Of a stretch of DNA of 64,000 nt, positions 26,464 to 39,897 are shown piece after piece. Source of the DNA: Bigelowiella natans CCMP2755 (taxonomy: Eukaryota > Protista > Cercozoa); the NCBI GenBank assembly GCA_000320545.1, contig ADNK01000007.1, positions 71,527 through 135,526 of the forward strand, given 5' to 3'. Position 1 is the first letter of the stretch; the number at the start of each line of letters is the position of its first letter. The notes beneath the pieces were generated by a model, which did no database searches, was not told the origin of the DNA, and was given only the letters and a program-made list of their open reading frames with translations. The position numbers and the translations under genes were made by a program.

Positions 26464-28385
26464 ATGAGTAGTGGAGAGCTTATGTCCAAGTCACAGGACT
26501 CAATGAGGAGGCTAAACGTAAGCCATGAGGGACCGGAGGGCGAGACCGAAGGAGGACGTGAAACACAACAACCTGATCAAGAACGAAGGATCCCCGGCCC
26601 GACACGTCGCCTTCAGACAGTGTCCGCTCGATCAAATACTCTAAAGGCTTTACATGCACATTTGAAGGGGCTAAAATCGCAAAATAAGGGGCAAAAGGCC
26701 CAATTTCTAAGGTTGACAACCTCTCCTATAGGAATGAATGATATCTCATCACAGTAACACAGTGTCCTTGACACCTTGTCTGTTTTTCCTGCTTATACTA
26801 CAACATATTGAACTTGTAATGAAGGGCCGTTCCGATAGGACAGGCGGTGCGCACACTGCGCAACATTGACGACAACATGTGGGTCGCCTCTCGGGACGGG
26901 AGCATCCACGTTAGAGACAACATCACTGGCGACCTCCATGCCACGATCGCAGCCAGCAAGCATGTAGATTCCAAGATCCAGCAGAAGTTCTTCGTCAATG
27001 CAATTTTGCGCCGGGGGGTGGAGGTTTGGACTGGCAGCTCCGAAGGCTTCCTTCACCACTGGAAAATGGTGAATCAGCACGAGGACGGGCCAACTGAATA
27101 CTCCTTTCAGGGAAAGTCAAGCATCCACGGGGGCGGGGTTCTTTGCGGAGAGATTACGGAGGAGCACTACTGGACGGGGGGACAAGATAGCCAAATCGTA
27201 CAAGATGGCGACTTGAACAAGAAGTTGCTTGGGCACACGGGCTGGGTTCGCTCCATGGTATATGATGCTGACCTTGAGGAACTTTGGTCATGTGCTGATG
27301 ATGGAATTCGTATTTGGGAGGTACGAGCCGTATCCAAAGAAACGCATAAAATTGATGATTCTATGGACATGCTTTGTATTTTTCGTGTGTTAGCTGTAAT
27401 TTGTGAATGCCTCGTACATGCATCTTAGGTGTAATTTTATTGTATATGATGGACCATCAGACAAACAGATTTCTCCAAATCCTCCTGTATTCAATATCAT
27501 CACCGTTGTGATTGTTGTCTTCAGGTTCCTGTGCAAGAGAGCATCTCTGATGTAGTTGCCTTCATACCCAAAAAGAGCCTAGCTATTAAGCCAGGCGGGT
27601 TAGAAAGCAAAAGCGGTATCAGGCCTCCTTCTTCCCCGTCGCATCATCATGCATCGACGTCGGCAGAGGCCTTGTGCTTAATACGGGTAGGCGAGTACGC
27701 CATGTGGTGCGGCTGTAGTGATGGGACAATCGTCGTACTTGATCGACGCACAAAGGCGATTGTGAAGAAGGTCCACGCTCACCCCTCAAAGCGACCTGTA
27801 TCGTGCCTCTCAGTGGTTGGCAGCTCTGTATGGGCGGGAGGGGCACGTGACTGTGTGACAATCTGGGATCCGGCGGACTGCAAGTCAGCTGGTAAGATCG
27901 GTGTGCCGCAGGGCACTGTCACCTGCATTTCCTTCTCAGCCTCTCGCGTGTGGGTTGGCTCTAGGGCGGGCAAGTGCTATCTCTACCGTATCTTTCGGAT
28001 AGATGGTTCTCCCCTCCACCTCAGGAGAGAGGCTGCGCGAGCTACAACACGGGCAGCCTCAAGCAGTCCCCACCCCACATCGCGTCGTTACGTCAAATCG
28101 CCACGTCGCCGCGGAAGTTTCAACTCCTCCTCATCTTCTTCTGTACGAAGAAAAAGCACGCGCAGCGCTGCCAAGTTGCTACCGAAGGGGGTGATGACTA
28201 GCAGACGCGGATCGCTGACGGACATGGTCCGCATGCAAGATCCAAACCGAGCAAAGGTGAAATATCGGCACAAGGAGACTCAAACAGACCCGTGGCAGTG
28301 CCCAAACTACACACGCATATTTGAGGATCTGAAGCTGCTGCAGGCCAAGCTCGATAAGAGTCTCGGCAGGGCAAAGAAGGGTTTG

Positions 28386-28421
<36 letters not shown>

Positions 28422-28998
28422 ATAGTAGTAGTTTATAATTCGTGTTTGCATGCTGCGCGACTCATTTAAGGAGTGAGAATCGGTGCGATGATGATGATGA
28501 TGATGATATGATGTTGGAGGTCGTATATGCTGTATCTGATTTGTCTTCGGATTATTTACACATCCCTCTTCACCCACCCTTCCACCAACAATCTTCCAAG
28601 GTGACGAGGCTGTCAAGACCCTAGAGGCCGTCTGCGCCGAGAATTCTAAGCTGAAGCAAACCATCCAGGACAATGAACGCCAGATGGACAAGAACGCAAT
28701 GGAAATTCTAAATCTCGAGGATACGGCAGAGGCGAATGCACGAAAGTTGAAGAGCCTAGAATCCCAACTGCGCGATAAGGCTGCAGCCACTAGCATTGAG
28801 CATAAGAAGGCTGATATCGAGAAGAAATCCATGAAGGAGAAGCATGCCAAGGCCTTGAAGGACATGGAGGAGCGTCTTAGGACGGAATGGGAAGAGAGGG
28901 AGAGGCAGTACCAGAGAGAGAAAGAAGAGAGTCGTTTGGCTACTGAGCAGGACAAGAAGCAGATTGCTCAAAGGAACAGGTCGGTAGAATGTCTTACT

Positions 28999-29047
<49 letters not shown>

Positions 29048-29765
29048 TTACGTATATTCTACGTACTACAAAACATGTAATTGCTCGTCACTGCCCCCTT
29101 TTCTCGTTGGCAATAAATGTGACTTATAAACAAGAATTATCACGTGCAATCATCATCGTCGTCATCATCATTATCTACAGGGACGAGCAGCGTACTATCA
29201 CAAAGACGATGGAGGAGAAGATGGCGGAGCAGGAAGCAAGGTTTCAGGCCGAGATTGCACGCCTGAGATCCCAGCTTGATGCACAACGGAAAGAAAAGGA
29301 GGAGGAAATAGCACGGATTAATGCGAAGGCCAAGGTCTCTCTCCCCCCGCTTCATATCAGATACATATTTCTGGTATGTTTTCCTGATTTCTAGAGGGTA
29401 CAACAATAGGTCGACGCAGAGAAAGCACGTTTGAAGGCAGAAGAGAAGGTGAAGTTAATCAAGGAGCAACAACAAAAACCACGAGCTGCTGCTTTCCAGT
29501 GTACTCCTGAACAAGCAAGACGACTGAGGTGCAGAAGAAGCTCAAATCGTTATCGTTGTTGTTGCTGCTGCTGCTGCTGTTGTTGCTGCTACTGTTATTG
29601 CTGTTGTCTACACCTCGGTTTACATCGTTGTCATCGTCTTTATCATCATCATCATCTTCATCATCATCGCCATCATCAGAGTGATCGGGGAGTATGCATC
29701 GATTGCGCTGAAAACGGTAGTTCGCGTCTCCTTTGTACATAGTTAGGAACGAGGAGGGGAGAGCT

Positions 29766-29802
<37 letters not shown>

Positions 29803-31330
29803 ATCCTCACCATTCTTCATTTCTATCTATGATTCAGCGCATTGCCTGGTCAGATCCCACTATCGTGTTAAGCTCGCTCGCACAGGCCAAACTTCTCGCA
29901 GCGCTAGTGGAGGATATTAACGGAGATTTCATCGATGGTATTTCATGTGTTGTGCGGCGGGTGTCAATTGTGCGTGTGCGATGGCTATCTGCATGCATCT
30001 GTTTATGTACAACCCATCGTCATTGTACCCCACTTTTCTGCCCACGTACATGATATCAGTGCGAGCTCTGAGCAAGGTGGTGGACGACGGTACACTACTG
30101 AAGGAATTTTGTTCTCCCCCCTCCTCGTCGTCATCCGAGACAAAGGCGGCTATTTATCAGAACGCCACACTCCTGGTATGCATTCGTTAGACCAACCGAC
30201 GACGAGTCGAAAGAATGATTACGAAGGACGATGACGATGACAATGTTGATGATGATGATGATGATGATGATGATAATGGTGTTGTAATGGTGGTCGTCGT
30301 CGTGTTTATAGGTGGAATCTCTGGGAGCTGCTGGCCTTGAAACCCCGGATTTGGATCTTGTAGTAGCAATATAAGAGCGATGAGAGAATAACAAGCCAGA
30401 GGGGTAGCGCAGGGGGCACACCACTGCCTTCCTCTGCTTTTGTGACATAAAGATGCAAATCTATCTAAGCAGTCTGAGGGGGGGGAATAGAATATGTGGA
30501 AATGATCCTGAGAAATGCTTACAGAACAGAAGAACGAGCGCTCTTTCCTCCCCCCTCCCAACCCACTCCATATCTCTTTTTCTCTTTCCCCCCCTCCCCA
30601 CTAGGCCCTGATGAGCGAATGCATGGGGAACACGGCGTCGTCGTCCATCGATATGTGGATCGATCTCGGCTGGACGGTTTGCTCGCATCATCTCCAAAGA
30701 TTCCTTAGAAACGACACATCGTATCGTCGCCGGTTCTTCTGGAGCAAGCTTCCAGGAGGATCGGGTCATATGCAGGTAGTAATAGTACTACTAGTAGTAG
30801 CAGTAGCAGTGTTTGCTGCTGCCGCTAGTGGAACTGGGGGTCTTGTCCATCTCCCCCTTCCCCCCCCCCCTTCTCCCCTCTCCTCCCCTTCCGTTCCTTT
30901 ATCTTTCCACGGTCGAGGTCAGTACGTGTTAAAATGCATAAAATCACGACGACAACAGACGAGTGAGGCGTTGGAGACGTGGGTGTGTTGGCGACTATCG
31001 CGGCAAGAGGCGCACCCCAGCGATGATGCCAACGGCCATCAAAGCGTAGTGAGGAGTAAGAAGAACAACAACAGTAACAAGAAGAAGGAGAAGGAAATGG
31101 CGCTGTTTGCTGCCACCAAGGATAATTGTGATCTATGGGGGCAAGGTCATTTGATTCTTGATCGAGGAACGTGAGAGAGTGAATATGATGGAGGGAGGGA
31201 GGAGAGGGGGGGGGGGGGATAAAGTAGATCGCAAGTAGTAGTCGTCGGAATGACGACATGATACGATATGAGTTCTCCTCGTCCACCTCTGCCTTTCAGT
31301 TTGTAATATACATTATTTATGGAATTCTCT

Positions 31331-31366
<36 letters not shown>

Positions 31367-31830
31367 TGTACACGTAACACATTTGCCTATGTATATGCGA
31401 TCTAAATACGTGCGTGTATTGTAGGTGCCATACAGTGCAAGCTCGCTGCTGCAAACATGGATATGGTATATATTATCGATGTGAGTCATGAAGAACACGG
31501 TTGGCATGCGTGGTACATCGCTATCACCGAAGGAAAACGACACTGCCTTTCATCTGTGCTTTCTTGGATGTTGTCATACTAGATGAATGCCCTTCTGTGT
31601 GTTTTCTCTGGGTTGTGATAGGACGGAATCGACGTTGTTGTTATTGTTGTTGTTGTTGTCTGGGGAGTGATTTATGATTATTGTTATCCTTCTTGTTGTT
31701 CTTGTTGTTGTTCGTTTTCGATTGCGTTGGTAGGACGAAGATCAGCTTGGCCTCCTATTGAGCGAGGAGAAGGTGAGAAAGGAAAGAGCAGCAGCCTGTC
31801 ACCGCGATTGAATGCACGTGTCGTCAAGAT

Positions 31831-31894
<64 letters not shown>

Positions 31895-31989
31895 AGGGAA
31901 CCAGTTTCATAACAAGAAGATGACAACGACGACGATGATGAAGAAGAAGAAGGATCTAATATTAAGTTGGACTTTCATCTTTAACACTT

Positions 31990-32042
<53 letters not shown>

Positions 32043-32551
32043 ATACAATGCAGGGAGCGAAGCGATTAGCAGCTGTCGGAAACGCGGTCGCATGGATTTA
32101 TTCTTTTACGATGTATCTTGTTTTTGCGCAACAGAAAGATTGTTTGTAGTTCTGTACCGCCTCAGTTCGCTCTTTCGAGGAACATCTCTCGTATTTAGAG
32201 AGCATTTAGAGAGCATTTAGTCACAATTTGTGCTGAAATCCTCCCCCCCTCCCTATCCTGCCTATTATTCCTCTGTTTTTCCACTTCTTTCTGCCTTCGA
32301 TCCTTCACGTAGCTACGAGGAGGTGGAGGTGGTAAGTTATCAATGAATGTATCACACTTGAGAGAGAACAATAAACAGCAGTGCCAAGAAGGATGTCGCA
32401 GACAACGACGCCTAAAGCGACAAATAAAAGATTGATTACTGTCGTTTCAAAAACCTAGCTAGTGTGCGTGTGCGTGTGCGTGTGCATGTACATGTGTGTG
32501 TAATGTGAGTGTTTTATGTGGTTTCGCCTTTCCTGCGCCCTCCTCCTCCTC

Positions 32552-32582
<31 letters not shown>

Positions 32583-33002
32583 AATCCCCCCATCATAATC
32601 GGTGATGATGCTAGCGATCGCTATTGCTGTTGCTTCTTACCAGGGCATCAAGTAGGAAAGCTTGCAGGCCTATTCCTCCACGCCTCTTCATCCACGTCAT
32701 CGAGGTCGGCTCTCAACCCCCCTCTCCACCTGATGATATAGATGATAGTAGTGATGATAATGCCAGGCGCGAAATGCGACAGAACCAATATATAAGCCTT
32801 ATACTAGCAAGTGAGGGCAGCCTGATCATTGATAATTGCATGATATCATCAGCACAAGTGATCCTACTACTACTGCTGCTACTGATCTAAGAACTGGCAT
32901 GGAATATAATAAGGCCTTTTCCACGGTGTGCTAGCTTGCTTGTTTGTTTATTTTTCTCCTCCTCTCCATCTTATTGTCAATTGATTGGTCGAATATTTTT
33001 CC

Positions 33003-33037
<35 letters not shown>

Positions 33038-33848
33038 ATATTTATATGTATATATTTTCATATATGTATGTTGTGTATGTTGTGTGTGTGTGTGTTTTGT
33101 GTGATAGTGAAAACAACATGCATTTGTATAACACACCCTCCTCACGCAACAGTTGATGTACAACATGTGGAGATCTGGGGGCGGGGCAGAATCACTCGAG
33201 AAGTAAGCATCATAGTAATTAAAATAGATTGGAAGTAGCATTCGAGAGGATTGATGGAATCAGTAGCAATAGTAGTAGTAGTAGTAGCATTGTAGTTGCC
33301 AGACACTTGTAATCATAATGGAGATTTCCCTCCCTCCCCGAACACGCCCAATTCAAATGTACCCTCAGAGAAATCATGGACAAAGAAGATGGAGAGTCTC
33401 ACCGAGGAGTCGGTCAGATGATTCTCCTCTTAGCTATTATTCGCCTTATTCATCTCTCCCTTGGTCATCGTCTCTATTTGGATACTCTTCTACTTTCCAA
33501 CCACAATTATGATGATGCAAGGACTCGAGGAACATGATGCTTTTTAAGCGCCGCCTCCTTCTCCTCCTCCTCCTCTTCCTCCTCCTCCTCCTCCTCAATA
33601 CAATGTCGCAAGGAATCGATAGCATGTACCTTGATTCATAAACAACATCCCAGATAACCAGGCATGTTCATCTAGCAACACCACAGCAGCAGCAGCAGCA
33701 GCAGCAGTGGCCGATTTGTCCTCTTCTGAGGAGCGAATGGAGTCACAGCTGCGCAATTGGGTGAATCGACTGTTGAACTTAAAGGTAGTAGTGGTAGGAA
33801 TACCAGCAGTAGAAGGAGGGAGAAAAGGAGTCTTATGATATCATCATT

Positions 33849-33886
<38 letters not shown>

Positions 33887-34118
33887 CTCTCTGTCGCCTA
33901 TTAGGGATCTTCCCGTGTAGGCCGACTATATTCCGCTGTTAATGACGGGCTGCTGCTCCTGAGAGTGTTGGACACGTTGTCGAAAGGTATTATCATTCCG
34001 GAGGGGGGGGGGGGGGGGAGGTTGGACAGGATGAATCAATTCGCTACTGCTCCTATTGCTTCAGTCTGCTTTCTGTGCGTGCATCCATCATGTGTATTGA
34101 TGATGATAGTAGTGGGGT

Positions 34119-34156
<38 letters not shown>

Positions 34157-34545
34157 GCTTAGATTGCACACAAATGATTATCCACTTCCTCCGACCCCCC
34201 CCCCTTTTTGCTCTTTCTTCTTCTTGTTTTTTTCACCCAATCATCATCACCGCCACCACCACCACCACTATCATTCTTTTTGATTTATCATACTGCTCCC
34301 CCAACCGTCAGGAATAGTAGACTGGAGGAAGGTGGAGATGAATCCCACAAATCAGTTCAAAGTAGTAATACTATTAGTAGCAGTAGCAGTAGCAGCAGTG
34401 GTAGTAGTAGTACATGCGCATCACATAGACATAAGAGCAGTAAGAAGAAGAAGAAGAAAATGAGGAATGCGTTGTCTCCCATCATGACGACAAGCTGTGA
34501 CTAGTTTTACTACAATAAACAGCACAATGACACTGCTTTCCACCC

Positions 34546-34581
<36 letters not shown>

Positions 34582-35789
34582 CGATGATGATGACGATAAC
34601 AACAGTGTATATCAAACAATAACTACGCCGTTGAGTTGGCGACACAGGTCAGCAGTCTCTCACATCGTCACACACAGAACATACCCTCGATCATTAAGGA
34701 TTTTGCTCTCCTCGCTTTGGTGGCAGTGTAGCGCAAACAACATTCTTTTCGAGGATTGAGTGTAGCGATCCCGCATTGCAGATTTCCATCGTGTACGGCT
34801 TGTTTTCCCATACGTGCCCTGAGAATGTTGTTATTACTAGAATACTCTGTTTTTTAATCTTCTCCTCCTCACTTTCTCATCTCGCTCTTGACCAACAATC
34901 CCCTTTCTGTACGCTCTGTACGTGTAGCTGCAAGCAACAACTCATAAGATAACTTCTCCTTCGTTGGTGACCTATACTAATATTACTCAATAGGTTCCTT
35001 TTCTCTTCTCCCTGGTTGGCATTGCAGGAGTGGTAGTATCATTACGTAAACCGTCTACTGTATCTGAGCAATATATGGCAATAACAACTTATAAATGAAT
35101 GAATCTGCATCATGCTCTAGCATACAATAATATGCCCCCGCTCCCAATCCTACCAGGATCTTGTGCGCGGCAACGAAAAACTGACACTGGCGCTCGTATG
35201 GCAGCTGATGCGTTTCCAACTCTTCAAAAACCTAGATCTTCTTCTCTCAGGCAAGAAGAATAACCACCGCAGCAGCAGCATCGGAAAATCGACAGGAGCC
35301 GGGCCATCGTCATCGTTACCATCATCATCATCATCTATAAAGCCAACACTCACTCGCCCACGCACAGGAAGTGGCAGCAAGCGATTCAACGAGAAGACGT
35401 TGCTTGAGCACGCGAACAAGGCCGTCCACCGCGCCTTCAAAGAGTGTAAAGGTGCCGCGTGGAGAGAAATCGTCGACGAGTCTTCGGAGACGCGGCTGTC
35501 CTCGTTCTCGGATGCGCATCTGGCTAATTCACACTACATGTTGGTGCTTCTTGCGTGGGTAATACACCCTGTTAGCAGCAGCATTCCATGGAAGCTGGTC
35601 ACAGCAGGAAGAAGTGCAGATGAAAAGAGCGACAACGCGAAACTACTGATCTCGTTAGCGAGGAAGCACGGCGCAACCGTCTACATTATGCCTAGGGATG
35701 TAGTGGAACTCAAGACTGATATGATCGTCACCCTTATTGCAGCTATCTTAGGGCTGTCCGTTGGAAAGAAAAGGAAAAGAAATTTGTAA
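26464..35789 (+). CDS. Large WD40 + coiled-coil + four fimbrin/plastin-type calponin-homology domain protein
   Basis: WD40 blades (MWVASRDGSIHV, LLGHTGWVRSM..LWSCADDGIRIWE, MWCGCSDGTIVV, VTIWD) and a coiled coil at about 28600-29450. CH1-like DFID|VRALSK..IYQNATLL, CH2-like EALETWVCWRL, CH3 SEERMESQLRNWVN..NDGLLLLRVLD..IVDWRKV..FSLVGIAGV|DLVRGNEKLTLALVWQLMR, CH4 NAKLLISLARKHGATVYIMPRDVVE. Confidence 0.75.
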
Positions 35790-36634
35790 GCAATAATCTA
35801 GTACGTAATGATGGTGGCTGTGGTGACTAAATGTCTAGATATGGACGCTTGAGTGCCAATACGATTGGTTTCTTACGAAGCAACGACAACAAGAGGCAAA
35901 TGAACCTTTTGTAGCGCGGCGACATGCAATAGTGCAGCATGCATAAAAGAATAACCGTAGCTCGCGCGCAGTCTAGGCTAGCTAGAGCGCGTGACAAGAC
36001 GACCACCGAGGGTTGTAGTAATGGTGATGATGATGATGATGATGATTCCATGCTAGAATGGCTACGGTTCTATCGGTCATTGAAATGAGGAAGAAAGCGA
36101 AGATAGGCCAGAATGGCAGCTGCATGCATGCGCTAGTATGCTCGCCGTGCCGATAATATGACACGAAGGGAAAATGTTAACACTGCTCGGAGTCGTTGCA
36201 GCACAGTGGAGCGGCACACTCAAATACTCTAATTATACTCATATCACTCTAGATATATTCACAACGTGTGTCCCTTCCTAGCTAGTTATCTTCGATTCTT
36301 CTAGTTATTATGTTATGCCGAATATAAATTGGGCTTCATGCAAATTGAGATTGCTTGCATAGATTAGGCCAGCATTCTAGCTAGCTACTAGCTAGCATTC
36401 TAGCATTGCGTGTCCCTCACCAACCGTTCTATTATTTCCAGATTTGCTGCACCATCGCCATCATGCATGCTAGCTAGCTAGCTAGCATGGGCATCTAGAC
36501 ATCTGCTATTGTATCGCTGGTGAGTGCATTTGCATGTCTAGATATCTCTAGATATCGATATAACAAATACTATTAATAAGAGCACTAGAGCAATCTTAGA
36601 GGGGACGTAAGCTTTGTTGGACGCTATTTGCTAC
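35790..36634. other. Convergent intergenic block, CTAG/TGCA-palindrome rich
   Basis: tctagctagctactagctagcattctagc (about 36376-36404), catgcatgctagctagctagctagcatg (about 36462-36489), tctagatatctctagatatcgata. Confidence 0.7.
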
Positions 36635-37322
36635 CTACATTCCACCAGATTCCGCAATCTTGCGACGGGCTGCTGCTATGTATTGCTTCGCTAGCTCGGA
36701 AACCTGCTTTTCAACTTCCTTCTCCATCATCTACAAAATAACACATACAGAAGACAGCAAATCAATACAAAAACAACAACAACAACAACAACAACAACCC
36801 ACCCCTTTCAGATAGACAGAGCCACTACCGCCACTACCACCACCACCCTGTCTAGTTAATAATAATCGATATAATCCTCACCTTTGAGTACTTGAGCATT
36901 TTTTTAGTGAACAGCTTTTGCTTCTTGTCCATCGCAACTTCCTGAGAGCAAAGAAGGGGTTAGGAGAAGGAGACTGGATACATACGTAGTACCACAGGGA
37001 GAGCTGTAATACATAGGTAGGTAGCAACAACCTTGCTCGATTCTAAGTTGGACTGAAGTTCCTCGCCGATCTTTCTCAGCCTCAAAGCAATTTCTTGCTT
37101 CAATTTATCAACCTACAAAGAATGATCGACGACGGGACTTGCTCTTAGCCGAATATACATGCTTAGCAGCACATCCTGGGCTTGTTGTATGCAGGTGTTC
37201 GTTGCGTGTAATGTTGTTGTGTTGATAGTGGATTATAATAACGTACACGATCGAGGAACTCCTGCTTTGTCTCGGTGTACAAAGTTATTGTTTCGTGGAG
37301 AAGCTGCCCTTTTCTGTTTTGT

Positions 37323-37367
<45 letters not shown>

Positions 37368-37473
37368 TGCTTGTGCGCGCGTGCGTGCGTGATAACACGG
37401 AAAATGATGATGATGATGATGATGATGATGATAATGATGATGATGATGACAACTGATAGGTGAAAGCAGACTA

Positions 37474-37508
<35 letters not shown>

Positions 37509-39444
37509 ACTACAAAAACACACGCACTTCACTTCGACTACTCTCCTCCCTCCTTATCATACAGATGATGCAAACCTGAGATCTAGCTCTCGCTTAAAGT
37601 CGCTGAGATTGTCCCGCAGTGAGTCTCGTTGCTGCGCGTAAGTCGCTTCTCTTATCCGTGTGGTGAACAAAGCTTCCACCTAAGGATAAGGATAAGGATG
37701 GATGGGTGGGTGGATGAAGAGGATGTGTGCATGTATTAGATTTTACAAAAAAAAGTCTTAAAGAACATAGAGAGAACGACGATTCCAGGACTCATGTTGC
37801 CTCTCCTTCATCACAGGGACGTATTTATACGCGTTTGCCCGGAAATGACGGTAACACATATAGGCGAAGGCAACTCGTCACTTGTCCTCCTCCTCCTCCT
37901 CCTCCTCTTTTGAGTCATCACACTGCTACCCTACCACTCCTACGAGCACTACTAAGCAACTCACACCATCGTCATTGATATAATCGCACCGCACCTCTTC
38001 CCTCGTTTTGTCACATCGGTACTGCAATCTAGAGAGCGCGTTCTTCATGTCCATGTCGATCTTGCCGCCGATTTGTTGGCGACAGTCCTCACACGCAACC
38101 CACCACCCTATTATTTAGGTGTAGAGGATAACATAATATCGATCACGACGGGACGGACTCCTTTTGTAAATCATCTACCCTGCGGTGGTTGGAATCGTCC
38201 TCATTGGAGAGGGATTAACGTCATGCAGGAAATGAATAAATGGATGCTTCGGTGATGATCTACTAGGATCACTACTACTACTACTGCTACTACTACTTAC
38301 TACTAACTACCATCAGATGTGAAGTCCAACGACGCAAAACGAGCCTTCTCGTCGTCCGGTTGGTTATTCATGTTGTTGTTGTTGTTGTTGTTGTTCGGAG
38401 AGGTCCCGGGCGTTTGGCTGCCGTGACTTCCAAGAGAGGGAGAGAGCATGTTTGATATCGAGTACCCGTCGGGCTCAGGGGAGGGGAGAATAGAAGCTAT
38501 GGCGGAGCTTAGGGCCGCAATGGAATCATCTGCAGGCTGCAGCTCCTGAAGTCTCTCGCGTATGCGACCTAGACGCGCCACTTCTTCCATGTACTCCTTT
38601 TCCATGCGCTGCAGGATCCTGGGCGACTTGCGCTGGACTTTTCGTAGCCTCTGTATGATGAGTAGCACAACAAAGCAGCAGCCACGGAGAGGATGGTTGA
38701 CGAGTGTGAAACAACATCATGATGTTCACACTGTGGTGAAGATAGGTTTAAGCTACTACAGCTGCACATTTTTGCTCGCCGGGTACTTCTAGCATACGCA
38801 CACGTACGTACCTGAAGTGCACGTGCGTGGAGGGCGCGGACTCTTGCCATAAGATACAGCGCGTTGGTCTCCGTCTCCTTCCTGACATCAGAGGTCATTT
38901 TGTTCCCCTTTTTCCCAGTCCGATCGTCGAGCTTGAGTCGTCGTATTAGCTCTTGAATATCCTTTTCTACAGCATCCGTACTCTCCTGAGAATAGTTAAC
39001 AACATCGGCTGTTCAATTTCCATCTAGTAGCGATATGGTTTTCTAGGCACAGGTGCACGTGTTATAGTATTTTTTTCTCTCGCGCGCCTTCTTTCTTTGC
39101 ATCTATGCAGAATTGAGCGTGCATGCATACCCCGTAACTTGCCCTAATCCCTATGTTGGAGGGATTATTGCGACTTCTGCATCTGGTGAATAGCCCCCAG
39201 AAGAGGTCGTTGCAAGTCTTCGTCTGCAGTAAAGGAGGACGGTTCAGGGGCATGCATGTTGGGTTAGAGGTGAATTGAAGATTATTCCAAGTTTCTTGTC
39301 TATTCATCCAACCTTGAGAGCTGACGATAACTTATGTATAGAGCGTGGATTTCCGTTGAGTGTGAAAAACAAGGCGAGGATGCACAACATGGAGAGGGCG
39401 AGACTCTTTTGCATTGCCCTTCTAGTCCAGCGAACCATCGCCAT
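36635..39444 (-). CDS. Hypothetical coiled-coil protein with an N-terminal signal-peptide-like leader
   Basis: First exon MAMVRWTRRAMQKSLALSMLCILALFFTLNG. Later exons are AVEKDIQELIRRLKL, RMEKEYMEEVARLGRIRERLQEL, VEALFTTRIRE, VDKLKQEIALRLRKIGEEL and QVSELAKQYIAAARRKIAESGGM*. One probable GC donor near 39141. Confidence 0.65.
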
Positions 39445-39897
39445 AGGATGAATGCCGTTGCAGGCGACGAACCGCTTCGAACGATGGGTAATTTGTGACG
39501 AAGGTGTGCGATTGAGGTAGGGCAAGAAGGGATGGAGGAGCTCCTCGGGGTCTCTCCTTCTTCTTCTTCTTCCAGGGTTCCCGCCCTCCTTGCAAGCTTG
39601 GGCGCGTTGGATTTTCGACTTCCGTCGTTACGAGTGTTTCAACGGAATTCCTTTAGATTTATATCCTGCGACATCAAAACATCCTTGTCGCTCTAAATTC
39701 GTGTAAAATCCAACATAGTTTTTCCCTCCATTCGGGCCCTTGTGCGGTGCTTGCCGAAAAGGCGTTTTCCAACGGGTTTCTCTTCTGGAATAAGTTTTAT
39801 CGTGAAAATACCTGAAGATATGGATATTTAAAAGGAGCAGGTGAAATATTGAGCTTCCATTCATATTGCTGTGTTGCTTCACATATCATCCAAATTA

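Noticed and set aside
28179-28955. 258-aa minus-strand ORF
   Set aside because: It is antisense to the coiled-coil exons of the WD40-CH gene and runs through microsatellites.
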